Source: Bispira polyomma (taxonomy: Eukaryota). From it: a stretch of DNA of 64,000 nt. The DNA lies in contig OZ287756.1 of assembly GCA_965649765.1 (NCBI GenBank), forward strand, positions 62,868,001 through 62,932,000, read 5' to 3'. Numbering within the stretch: position 1 is the stretch's first letter; each line of letters opens with the position of its first letter. This document shows positions 41,575-51,324 of the stretch, one piece after another. The notes below the pieces were generated by a model. That model saw only the letters and a list, made by a program, of their open reading frames with translations. It was not told where the DNA came from and made no database searches. A program made the position numbers and the translations under genes.

Positions 41575-41700
41575 TGCTTTCACATACAGCACACCAAGAC
41601 TAACACCCATTAGTAGCCAGGTACCCATTTATACACGTTGTCCAAAGATACAATCTCCAGGCCTGGAGCGAGGATAGAACCAGGACTCTCAGATCCTTCA
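41575..41700 (-). mobile_element. CORE-like SINE fragment, same family as 55660-55850
   Basis: caccaagac.aa...cccatta....caggtacccatttatacac is shared. Confidence 0.6.
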
Positions 41701-41937
41701 GATCCAAACAATATCCAAACAGATCCAGACCATACCATTACATATCTGCTATTTATTATTTCTTACAATGGTGCACCCTATTTTATCTGCCATTGTCAAG
41801 TGGGAATCTAACGCTTCGGATAAAAGCCAAGAAATGGAAATTGTTTTATTTGCGAGCACATTTGACATGTGAAAATAATGTCCAACAAACACGTTTTTGG
41901 CTTAGTTATACACCATAAAGTCCACAAAACGATAGTT

Positions 41938-42150
41938 TAGAAAGTTTTAATTAGTAAATTAAATTTTTATTAACTAATATGTACTTACCCAGCAGACATT
42001 AGCTATACGTATGCATATGCCGGTCCACGCCAAACACAGAAAAAGTGTCACGGGCTAAGCTCCGGCCGGACAAGCACTGGTTCCCCAATCACCCGCCAGG
42101 AGGCGGTGGCACTAGTGCAAGATTGTCTTATCATTCCTCATCTTATTGCT
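41938..42150 (-). repeat. DIRS 3' inverted terminal repeat with terminal extension
   Basis: Reverse complement of about 48190-48366 (tacttaccc.gcagacattagctatacgta...gggctaagc.ccggccggac.agcactggttccccaatcacccgc.aggaggcggtggc...tcattcctcatcttat). Confidence 0.95.
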
Positions 42151-42222
42151 TTGGTCCACCACTTAATATAATAATTTTCCCTAGTATATTGACAAAGTGG
42201 GTAGGTAGGGTGGGACTTCCCT

Positions 42223-42334
42223 GTCTCCCGAGAAAGTATATTAGTTAATAAAAATTTAATTTACTAATTAAAATTTTCTATTTTATTACACTACTATACT
42301 TACACTAATGTACTTACCCGGCAGACATTAGCTA
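42223..42334 (-). repeat. DIRS internal complementary region (ICR)
   Basis: First half is complementary to 41938-41997 and second half to 48334-48379; the halves join at tcta (42277-42280). Confidence 0.9.
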
Positions 42335-42829
42335 GATTAACTACCTAATGGTTGGATGGCGTCATACTAGTCAGGTGGAAAGGTCTTCTTATTGCACAGA
42401 TTTTGGTGCTCATGTTGTTACTATAGGTTCATGTCCAGGTCGCCGGTAACCGGTCGGACCAAAACATCCCCTTTTCGTTTTCTCTCTCCACTATGGGAGG
42501 AGTAGGGGACGACCATAATCAACACATGCCTAACCACAGTGAGAAATCCTGATGGGAATTGACTGATTGAGGAGAAAAAAGACTTATAGTGAATAGACGA
42601 AAAATAAAAAGTGGCCTAATTACTGAGGGCTAATTTTTTATTTTTATAGAGGGAGTGAGTAATTACTCTGGTCACTCCTCTCCTTTGACTTCTTAATTAT
42701 TAAGAGCAGTGCCCAACTGTATTGGGTACTCTTATTATAGAGAATTACTGAAACTGGGGATTATTTACTTCATCCTTGTTCCACTTAATGAATTAATAAT
42801 TTTCTTGAATACTGTGCAGAAAATTTACA

Positions 42830-43780
42830 AAACAATCTACAGGCGGATCTGCTGGCCAGCTACCACCGGGCCTAGATGAAAAAATTCTTTGTTCGCCCAC
42901 GCAACGTTCTGTAAGTAGAACTGCGTAAAGGTATTGTGAGATTACCTATGACAGGCAGAGAGGATTTGGTCGAGAGACCTCCCACTCCTAAAGGCTTTGG
43001 AGGCGGCAAAGGCTCTAGCATCATGTGCTTTGACTTGATGTAAATTGCATGACTCTTCATCTGAAAGATTATAACGCATAGTAATAACGTAGGGCTCTGA
43101 CTGGGTATAGGGAACGATAATCTGGGACGGATTTGTCTATGGTCGGTGCTAGAGCCGGTATCTCTACAGGGGCTACACTGCCTGGTCAATCTCGGGCCAA
43201 TTGGTTCTTGGCCAGAAAGGAAGAGGAAGAAGATATTGAAAATTTTGACCAGTCCTGCTGGTGTCTATTGTTTTCGTTTACCCAAGCATGTATCTTACTT
43301 CTTTGTTTTCCCGAGGCTAAGGCCATTAGGAAAACAGTTTTGAAAGTGAGGTTCTTCAAAAAAGCCTTCCCTATGGGCTCAAAGGGGGGTTTGGTGAGTT
43401 GTTGAAGAACGAAGAAAAGGTTCCAAGCAGAAACTCCCCTTCTGCCTTTGAGTTTATCCCTATGGAAACTATCCAGTAGTCGATTGAGTTTTTCATTCCC
43501 ACTGATGTTAATCACCGAGTTGCCTATCTGGTCGCCAATCGCTGTCCGGTAACCGTCTATGGTTGAGGGCTGAAGGTTCCGCTCCTCAAAAAGGTGCATT
43601 AGGAAATTGTTTTATAGCTGGAGCCCGAAAGTCCACGTGGTGTATTTCGCACCAACGGACAAAAATGGACAACTTTGCTCTATAGAGGATTCTGGTTGAG
43701 TCTCTTTGAGGAGCCTCAATCCTGACGGCCACTCTCTCAGAGAATCCCTGCTTCCTGATCCTAGATGTTCTAGGAACCAG
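42830..43780 (-). pseudogene. DIRS tyrosine recombinase remnant
   Basis: IRKQGFSERVA...DSTRILYRAK; PSTIDGYRTAI; WNL..VL..LTKPPFEP; TFKTVFLMALASGKQRSKIHA; KAHD near 43020-43035; broken by stops and frameshifts. Confidence 0.85.
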
Positions 43781-43799
43781 GCATGGAGGTTCAGCGATG

Positions 43800-45837
43800 G
43801 GAGATCCCGGTGGCGGGTCCCGTTGAATGACTGCATCAGGAGGGATGGTGATGTTGGAAGTTGTAGGAGAATTTGGGTGGATAGGGAAACTAGGCAGCAA
43901 AACCACGATATTCCTGGCCAACCCGGTGCTATCAGGATGACCCTTCCCGAGTAAAGCAGTGGGAGGACAGGCTAAAAGCTAAAAGTCAAGATCATCCCAT
44001 GGCATACTTAAGGCATCTATTCCCCAGGCTGCCTTATCCAACACCGGAGAGACAAACCGGGGAAGTTTGTTGTTGAATGTGGTGGCAAACATGTCCAGAT
44101 TGGTGCAGTGGCACCTGAGGGTTATTCTCCGGAAAACTTCCGGGGACAGAGCCCATTCTGATTGAATTATCTGGTTGCACCGGGACAATTTGTCTGCAAT
44201 CACATTCAAGTGACCCGGTATGTGTCTTGCCCAGAGAGTGATCTCCCTGTGGTTGCACCACGATAGGAAAGCACAGAGGGAGCCTGACTTCATGCCCCCT
44301 TCTTTGTTTATGTATGAGACCACGGTGGTGTTGTCCGTGGATATTAGTACTGTCTCTTTTAGACACCTTCCTTCAAACTTCTTTAGGGCTAACAAAACCA
44401 CTTTTAGCCCTAGGAAGTCTATGTGCAGTTTCTTTTCTGGGACCAACCACACGCGTTTGGCAGTGTGTCCATCTATGTGTGCGCCCCAGCCTTCATTTAA
44501 GGCGCCTGTAAAAATCTGCAGAGTACAACGAAGGGGGTGGAGAGGTTGACTGGGAAAAAAGTTTTTTCGGGGTCTAACCACCAGCTCAGGTGGGTGTTGA
44601 GTGCTAGGGGAAGGGGGATACTTTTCTCCAATGACTCCGTTACCCGCCAGTTGTTTTTGAGGTTCCACTGGAGAGGTCTCATGTGGAGCCTGCCCAATGG
44701 GACTAACTTCTATGTTGTTCTTTTGTTGTTGTGGGCCTATCAGTGACATAAATTGCCGGACTGAGCAATGGCCTTGGGAAATCAATTTCCGGATCCTGTC
44801 ATTTACTAAATTCCCTCTTTTTGGTGTCGGGCGAACCTGGCCCAAGTGGAGGTTGTATTGATAACCCAGAAAATCGAAGACCTGCTTGGGTATCAATTCC
44901 GACTTCTCCTGGTTTATCAACCAACCTAGTGTTTGTACTAAAGATATCAACTTTTGAGTTTGTTGGTAGCAGATTTTTCTGGATGGGGCTCTGATTAACC
45001 AGATGTCCAGGTACTGGTGTAATCGGATTCCTGACCTTTGTGCCATGAGATTTACTTCCTTGACGACGAAGATAAACTCTAGGGGGCCGTTGATAGACCA
45101 AATGGTAGGGCCTTGAATTGGTAAGGGCTTCCGTTCCAAGAGTATCTCATGTATTTCTGTGACCTTTTGTTTATGTGGAATTACCCGTCGCTGTAGTCGA
45201 TTGAGGTTACCCATTCGTTTGTTTGAAGCGACAGTCTGATTGATTTTGGAGTTTCCATTTTAAACTTTTTGACCTTGAGATAGAGGTTTAAGGTACTGAG
45301 ACCTAGAATGGGGCGCCACTTTCCGTTTGGTTTGGGGACCAGGAAGAGGCGGTTGTAAAAACCCAGGGAGCTTAGAGTGGAGACTTTCTCCACAGCTTGT
45401 TTGTCTATTAAGTTTTGAATGCTTTCTCTTAGAGCTGCATTCCTTAGAGGATTTGAGTACCCGCTTGTTATCAGGGGAGACCTTGTCAGCAGGGGCTTTC
45501 TTTGAAAGGGGAGCGAGTATCCAGCTTGTATTAGAGATAAAGCATGGGGACTGGCTTCCAGTGACCTCCATTGTTCCCAGTAGAACTGGAGGCGACCTTC
45601 TACAGGGGGTGTTTGGCAACATTTGTGACATTTGAGACAATTGGGGCAAACTCTGAGTAAGGAACAAAAGAAACATGATTCATACGTTTTAATCTGTCTT
45701 TTGTTACAGTAGGTACATGAAAGGCAACAATGCTTGAGTATACAGGAAGTTTTGTCTTTACAATATTTACACAATTTATAGCCTGAATATTGTCTACAAT
45801 ACAGGCACCGGGAAAATCCTGGTGAAATAGATTTCAT
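43800..45837 (-). pseudogene. pol: DIRS pol remnant: RT, RNase H and adenine-methyltransferase-like tail
   Basis: GFYNRLFLVPKPNGKWRPI, FKMET, YLDIWLI (decayed YLDD), TDNTTVVSYINKEGG, HIPGHLNVIADKLSR, LDMFATTFNNKLPRFVSP...DALSMPW. Confidence 0.9.
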
Positions 45838-48029
45838 TTGCGCTGCTGAAGCCGGGTACTTGTTTTGTAGGGACGATACTGTGACTGGAAGCCACGACGT
45901 CCCCGATAGGTATTTCCCCGGTTGTTTCCACGGCCGCGTGGGGCTGAGGAGAACTTACCCCAAGATGGGGTGGTGTATTGAGCGTGGGCAGAGGAGGAGG
46001 CTTGAGTAGACGGCTGGTTGGTAGTCTGATAAGGACTGTACCAGCGAGACTGCTTTTGTGACCCGGACTTACTCTAGGCGGTGAGGCCTGAGAAGTACGG
46101 GTCAGCAGATCTGCCTGGTGGATCTCCTCCTCTGCTGCTTTGATGGTGATGTCTTCAAAAAGACCCGGTATATCAAACGGTCCATTTCTCAACTGGTTTG
46201 GGGTACGGTACGGATACTGCTCTTAAACAGAGGGAGGTAGGCATCCCTTCTCATCAGAATGACGTTTGCAGTCAGGGGAGAGATGATGTCGGACACGTAG
46301 CTCATGTCCTTGTGGAAATCTTGTTCTCTCAGGTGCTCATCCATAAAAGCTGAGGAGACTGCCTCAGTGAGCTTAGTAGCACTTCGTATAGGCCGCACTG
46401 TGGTTACAAATTAATGTACCCTCTCTAAGTGAGCGTTCCATCTTCCGGATGCCTTCCTGTGGAAGGGGTCTGAGAGGTGGAGCAGTGGAGGACTTGTGTT
46501 TACATATCCTCTGGCACAAGGAGTGATGCGGACCACGTCCTAGCTGTTGGGAGGCCCGGTGGGGGGGGGGGCTCCTGGTGGCTGTGTGGAGAAGACTTTG
46601 GTGGAATTTTCCTTTGTTAGTACATCAAGAGGATACCACCTCTGTTGCGTCTTAGGTGGTCCGATAAACTTGTCAAGGTGCAGGTTACCACCCTCTGCCG
46701 CTTTTGTGCTGTGTCCGTGGGTAGCCACATGGTGGAAATTGTCCCATTTCCTGAGGAGCCACTGGCAAGCAGTTCAGCTGATACTTTTCCGACAGGCTGT
46801 GATCTGAGTCCTTAAAAAGGGTTCTCTGTATAAGCCGGGAGGTGTTTTACATCTGTGATGTGGGTCCATCCCATAAATTATTGGATAGACCTCATAGTTT
46901 CCCAGAAGAAGCATTCTTCTGACAGGACAGTGGGATCCTGAGATACAGTATCTGTCTCAGAGGCTAAGTCCTCGTCCGGTCCCTGTTGTTGAGAGCCGAA
47001 AAATTCTCCTTTCTCGTGGGTGGAGAGTTCAATTTCTACCTCTTGGTCGGTACTGCTAGAGAAGACCATGGGTGGGGTCTCAGGCCAAGTCATAGTGGAG
47101 GTTACATAGGAACTTGACAAATCATATCCAGCAGGAAGTGTTCCGGTACATGTCGGTGACGTGGGTATGACCACTTTCACACTATCCGCAAAGAACAGAT
47201 TTGGTTTAGCTACCAGAGGTCTAGGCACTGTATGTGTAGCCGGAGGAGGTTTCATCTGTCCCCCAAAGGACCCTGCCAGGGTTCTATCTACGAAGTAGGG
47301 GCTAACAGTAGTAGTAGAGGTCTGAGGTCTAATAGAAGTCAACAGGTTAAACGCTTGTTGTTGAGCTGGAGGTAAAACTGGATTCGATTGAGATGACACG
47401 GGGATTTTTCCCGGAAGTGGTATGAATGCTGGTACCGTCAAACTAACCAAGATGGTCAGTGCTGGAGCTGACTGAGCAAACTCAGGCTCCATAATCTTGC
47501 TCCATGGTGGTCATTCTGTCATTCCAGCCCGCAAAGAGAGATTTAAGCTCTGTCATCAAATCAGTAGGGCAGATCTGTGGTTTGTCAAAACCTGGAGGGG
47601 GTCTGACTTCCCTCTGAACTGGAGGAGTAACAGGGACCATACGTGAAAGTTTTGTAAACCCCAGGGGTGAACCAAAGAGGCTTCAACTCTAGCAGGAGAG
47701 TCACTAGGTCCGATGCTAGCTCCCAAAACTGCTTCTAGATCTTTGTCAGAAAGAACCTGTCCCTCAGCAAATGCTGATCCTACTGAATGTAACTCTGAAT
47801 CCTTTTTCTTATCTTTCCTAAATTTATGGGCAGGTTTAGAGAGTTGTTGGCGTTGAGTGGGGGTGAGTTTAAGGCACAGATCACAAGTAAGTCCCAAACA
47901 GCAAGGGTCGCAACCCAAGTGTTTCTCCCGGCACCTAGCGCATCAATCATGTAGATCGAAAGCTGCCATCTTGTGGCCACAGCCACCCTGTCTCTGGCCA
48001 AAGCCAGACTTTTATTTGTTCTTTTCCAT
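45834..48029 (-). pseudogene. gag: DIRS gag remnant
   Basis: N-terminal Cys/His cluster CGHKMAAFDLHD*CARCREKHLGCDPC...CDLC; RRDAYL; RG-rich C-terminus RGRGNNRGNTYRGRRG...QQRK*; multiple stops. Confidence 0.8.
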
Positions 48030-48189
48030 TAACTGGATAAAGTTCACTCAACAAAATAAAAAAACACCACACTCTATAATCCTAAACCACTTTTCTCAAC
48101 AAGACAAAAAACTAGTTCCGTAGAATTACACGCAATTAAAACTATTTGGAAATATTTCTAAAAAAACTTCTACTGAAGTCCAAGCTAAA

Positions 48190-48379
48190 TGATAAGATGA
48201 GGAATGATGAGACCAGCGCGCATTAGCGCCACCGCCTCCTTGCGGGTGATTGGGGAACCAGTGCTGGTCCGGCCGGGGCTTAGCCCGGTACAATTTTTCT
48301 GTGTTTTGGCTTGGACTGGCATATGACTACGTATAGCTAATGTCTGCCGGGTAAGTACATATTAGTCTAATAAAATAGA
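48190..48379 (-). repeat. DIRS 5' inverted terminal repeat
   Basis: Inverse match to about 41975-42146. Confidence 0.95.
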
Positions 48380-48509
48380 TATGTTGTACATTATCTGATA
48401 TGCCATTGTTTTTGTGTAAATTTTTTTTTTTAAGCGACGACTGGGGATGTTGAGTAACCAGGTGGACAAAGAAGTGTACCACAGTACTGCACAAAGTGTT
48501 CATGGAGTC

Positions 48510-48966
48510 CAGTTCCTCGGGGTAGCCTGAGAAACTGAATTAACCGAACAAGTCATAGAAAGACAATACTGCGGTTAAATATATTTTATTTTATATTTAC
48601 AGCTACTATTACTAAGATATTTATGTACAGTTCTTTGACATGATATACACCTTGTGTGAGCATAAGGTCCCCTTAACTCAATTGAGTTTAGGACTTTAGG
48701 TTAAACCAGAATGAGTTTAAGTAACCCTAACTAATAAAGAAGTTGAATTTAGAAATTTAGATTTAAGTTGAAACTTAAATATGACTTTGAAGATTCACAA
48801 ATTAAAGTTTGACTTAGGTTTTAAGTGCAACTTTAATTAGATGAGTACAATATGTACTTTAATAATACAGGGGGACCTTATGCCCACAGTTAATTCATTT
48901 AGTTTACAGGTAATTAATATGGTACTTGCAATGTTAAACTGACTAGATCTTACAGTCATGCCACCA
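48510..48966 (-). repeat. Ngaro repeat B2 (457 bp)
   Basis: Direct copy of 49847-50303; only 2 substitutions seen by eye (actgCgg/actgTgg, attCaca/attAaca). Confidence 0.97.
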
Positions 48967-49693
48967 CCCGGCATACTCTATCATGCATATCACAGAACCG
49001 CAACCATAGTACAACAGAACCCCAGTAGCAACTCAGTTGCGACTGATATTTAAAATATTAATAACAAAAGTAACAATGAATAATTTGTAAAAGATGTAAA
49101 ATGTTATAAAAAGTTCATGTACTATGATTGAGGAATTAAAAATCAATGTCAAGCTCATCTGCCCAATACATCTAAACAATAATGTATACGCCCCAGTTAA
49201 GTACGACATTATGGTTACTAAAAGAAACTTCTGTATACATTTAGCCCCCTCTATGCTACATTACATCTAGCTCAAACCGGAACGCCCTTACGTGATCGAA
49301 TAATACGACCCCTTATCCAATGAATTGACACATGTAATGTAAACTTGTATAAAGAAGGTAAACTTTGAAATAAAAGTATAATGTAAATTATAATATTTTA
49401 TACAGAGTCCACCACAGACATATTACACCGGCCCAGACACTCGTCTGCCAGACTGTTCTACAAACTGATGACACAATCCCTTGATGTTACACACAAGCGG
49501 CAGGTCCCGTGGTGGACTCCAACAAGGCAGTGAGGCATTTGACAAAGTTATTCTGACTCCCATTTGTCTGAAAATACATAACTAACTACAGTAGCATTTG
49601 ACAACAATACATGCAATATTTCTTAAGACATCCATAGTAATAATCATACTAATAGTAGCCACATTCCAATTAAAACGGGTAAGTGGAGGGTGG

Positions 49694-49846
49694 GAATTTT
49701 AAACTAGTTGTTGCTCTGCTGACGAAACGATAAAGGCGGGAGAATTTGAAAAGGAGAGCCTTATATAGTCGTACACCATCCCATAATAGTAGAACAGGCT
49801 GGGCCCCCAGAACTGAGGCCACGAACGCTGAGGGCGTTCGCTTACA
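49694..49846 (-). repeat. Ngaro repeat A2 (153 bp)
   Basis: Identical by eye to 54899-55051; abuts B1 (cttaca|cagttcc), reproducing the circle junction of the two element ends. Confidence 0.97.
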
Positions 49847-50303
49847 CAGTTCCTCGGGGTAGCCTGAGAAACTGAATTAACCGAACAAGTCATAGAAAGA
49901 CAATACTGTGGTTAAATATATTTTATTTTATATTTACAGCTACTATTACTAAGATATTTATGTACAGTTCTTTGACATGATATACACCTTGTGTGAGCAT
50001 AAGGTCCCCTTAACTCAATTGAGTTTAGGACTTTAGGTTAAACCAGAATGAGTTTAAGTAACCCTAACTAATAAAGAAGTTGAATTTAGAAATTTAGATT
50101 TAAGTTGAAACTTAAATATGACTTTGAAGATTAACAAATTAAAGTTTGACTTAGGTTTTAAGTGCAACTTTAATTAGATGAGTACAATATGTACTTTAAT
50201 AATACAGGGGGACCTTATGCCCACAGTTAATTCATTTAGTTTACAGGTAATTAATATGGTACTTGCAATGTTAAACTGACTAGATCTTACAGTCATGCCA
50301 CCA
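49847..50303 (-). repeat. Ngaro repeat B1 (457 bp)
   Basis: Direct copy of 48510-48966; begins 13 bp after the YR stop codon. Confidence 0.97.
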
Positions 50304-50315
50304 AACCCCAAAATT

Positions 50316-51290
50316 CTAGTAGGTATCTTGTAGAATAGTTTTGAAGGAATCGGCAACCTGGGTACCAGCATTAGAAGAATCAGAAATGTAACGCCAGACA
50401 CAATCAGACGTCCAGGTGCCATGCCTTTGGATGTCCTGAATTGTGACATTATTGTTAAAGGCAAACGTGGCACCTGAACGCCTGAAAGCGTGAAAGGTCA
50501 AGCCAGAGTACTGTGGGCCGAGCATTAGTAAGACATTCTTAAGATGCCTGCGAACCCTAGTATCAGTAAGGGGAATCCAACTGGCATTCTGCTTAAATTG
50601 AAACAAGGGCAGATCTTTCCCTTTGGGAGAAATAGCAAGTATGTTTTTTACAGCTTGAACCGGACATAGAATGGAATTGGTTAAAGCTGGTATGGTGAGC
50701 AAGCGAACAGCATTATTGTCTTGAAGGGTTTTAGACCACTTAACAATGAGGACAGCATACCCTGGCTTGAAAAGGACATCCGCCCTCGCAAGCTGCTTAA
50801 GAGGAGAGTAAGCAGCAACCGAGTGAGCACAGAGGTTAGACAGCCTCAGAAACGAAAAGAAACTGACAAGATAAACTGCTTTAAAAATTTGCCCCATGTA
50901 AGTGCTGTTACATTTCACAATGAGAGACCTGAGCAACTGGAGGTCGAAAATTGACTTAAGTTTGACTTGCAATGGTCTATGCATTGCCAAAGCTTTATTA
51001 TAATAGGTAATTCTTTTATCAGAAAAAGCATCTACAGATATATGGAAGAGGACACACTTTGCCTTAATGGCAGAAAGATGATTAAGAACAAGACTCGCCG
51101 ACACCCCATTAAACGTTAAGAACTCTAAATAAGCTAGGAGATATAACACAGTCACCTTATGAGGAGGCCAAGACATAAAGGCTCCAAACGCCAAGAACAG
51201 CCTGAACATTCTGTTGTAGGCTCTGTTAGTGGCAGGGGTGAAGGCCAGTTCAAGTCTGTCACAAGCTTTCTGCATCAAGGAGAAGCCCAC
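50316..51290 (-). CDS. Ngaro tyrosine recombinase
   Basis: Catalytic residues: FLRLSNL (R), WSKT (K), LCPV, FHAFRRSGAT (HxxR), HGTWTSD.V.RY (W, Y). Confidence 0.95.
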   Translation of the reverse strand: MGFSLMQKACDRLELAFTPATNRAYNRMFRLFLAFGAFMSWPPHKVTVLYLLAYLEFLTFNGVSASLVLNHLSAIKAKCVLFHISVDAFSDKRITYYNKALAMHRPLQVKLKSIFDLQLLRSLIVKCNSTYMGQIFKAVYLVSFFSFLRLSNLCAHSVAAYSPLKQLARADVLFKPGYAVLIVKWSKTLQDNNAVRLLTIPALTNSILCPVQAVKNILAISPKGKDLPLFQFKQNASWIPLTDTRVRRHLKNVLLMLGPQYSGLTFHAFRRSGATFAFNNNVTIQDIQRHGTWTSDCVWRYISDSSNAGTQVADSFKTILQDTY

Positions 51291-51324
51291 AGGGTGTATA
51301 TCTGGAAAACATGACTAACAGGTG

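Larger units (their letters stand above)
41938..48379 (-). mobile_element. DIRS1-type tyrosine-recombinase retrotransposon, full length with decayed ORFs
   Basis: Inverted terminal repeats (about 41975-42146 vs 48190-48366), ICR 42223-42334, frameshifted gag, RT/RNase H/MTase-like and YR; TAGA at both ends. Confidence 0.95.

Noticed and set aside
45600-45837. Novel Cys-rich zinc-binding domain at the DIRS Pol N-terminus
   Set aside because: An alternative frame is equally open and the element is frameshift-riddled; the Cys richness may be off-frame reading of Val/Asn codons.
49705-49755. Hammerhead-like CTGACGA...GAAA in repeat A, and CTGATGA at about 49465
   Set aside because: Could not build stems I-III around the core.
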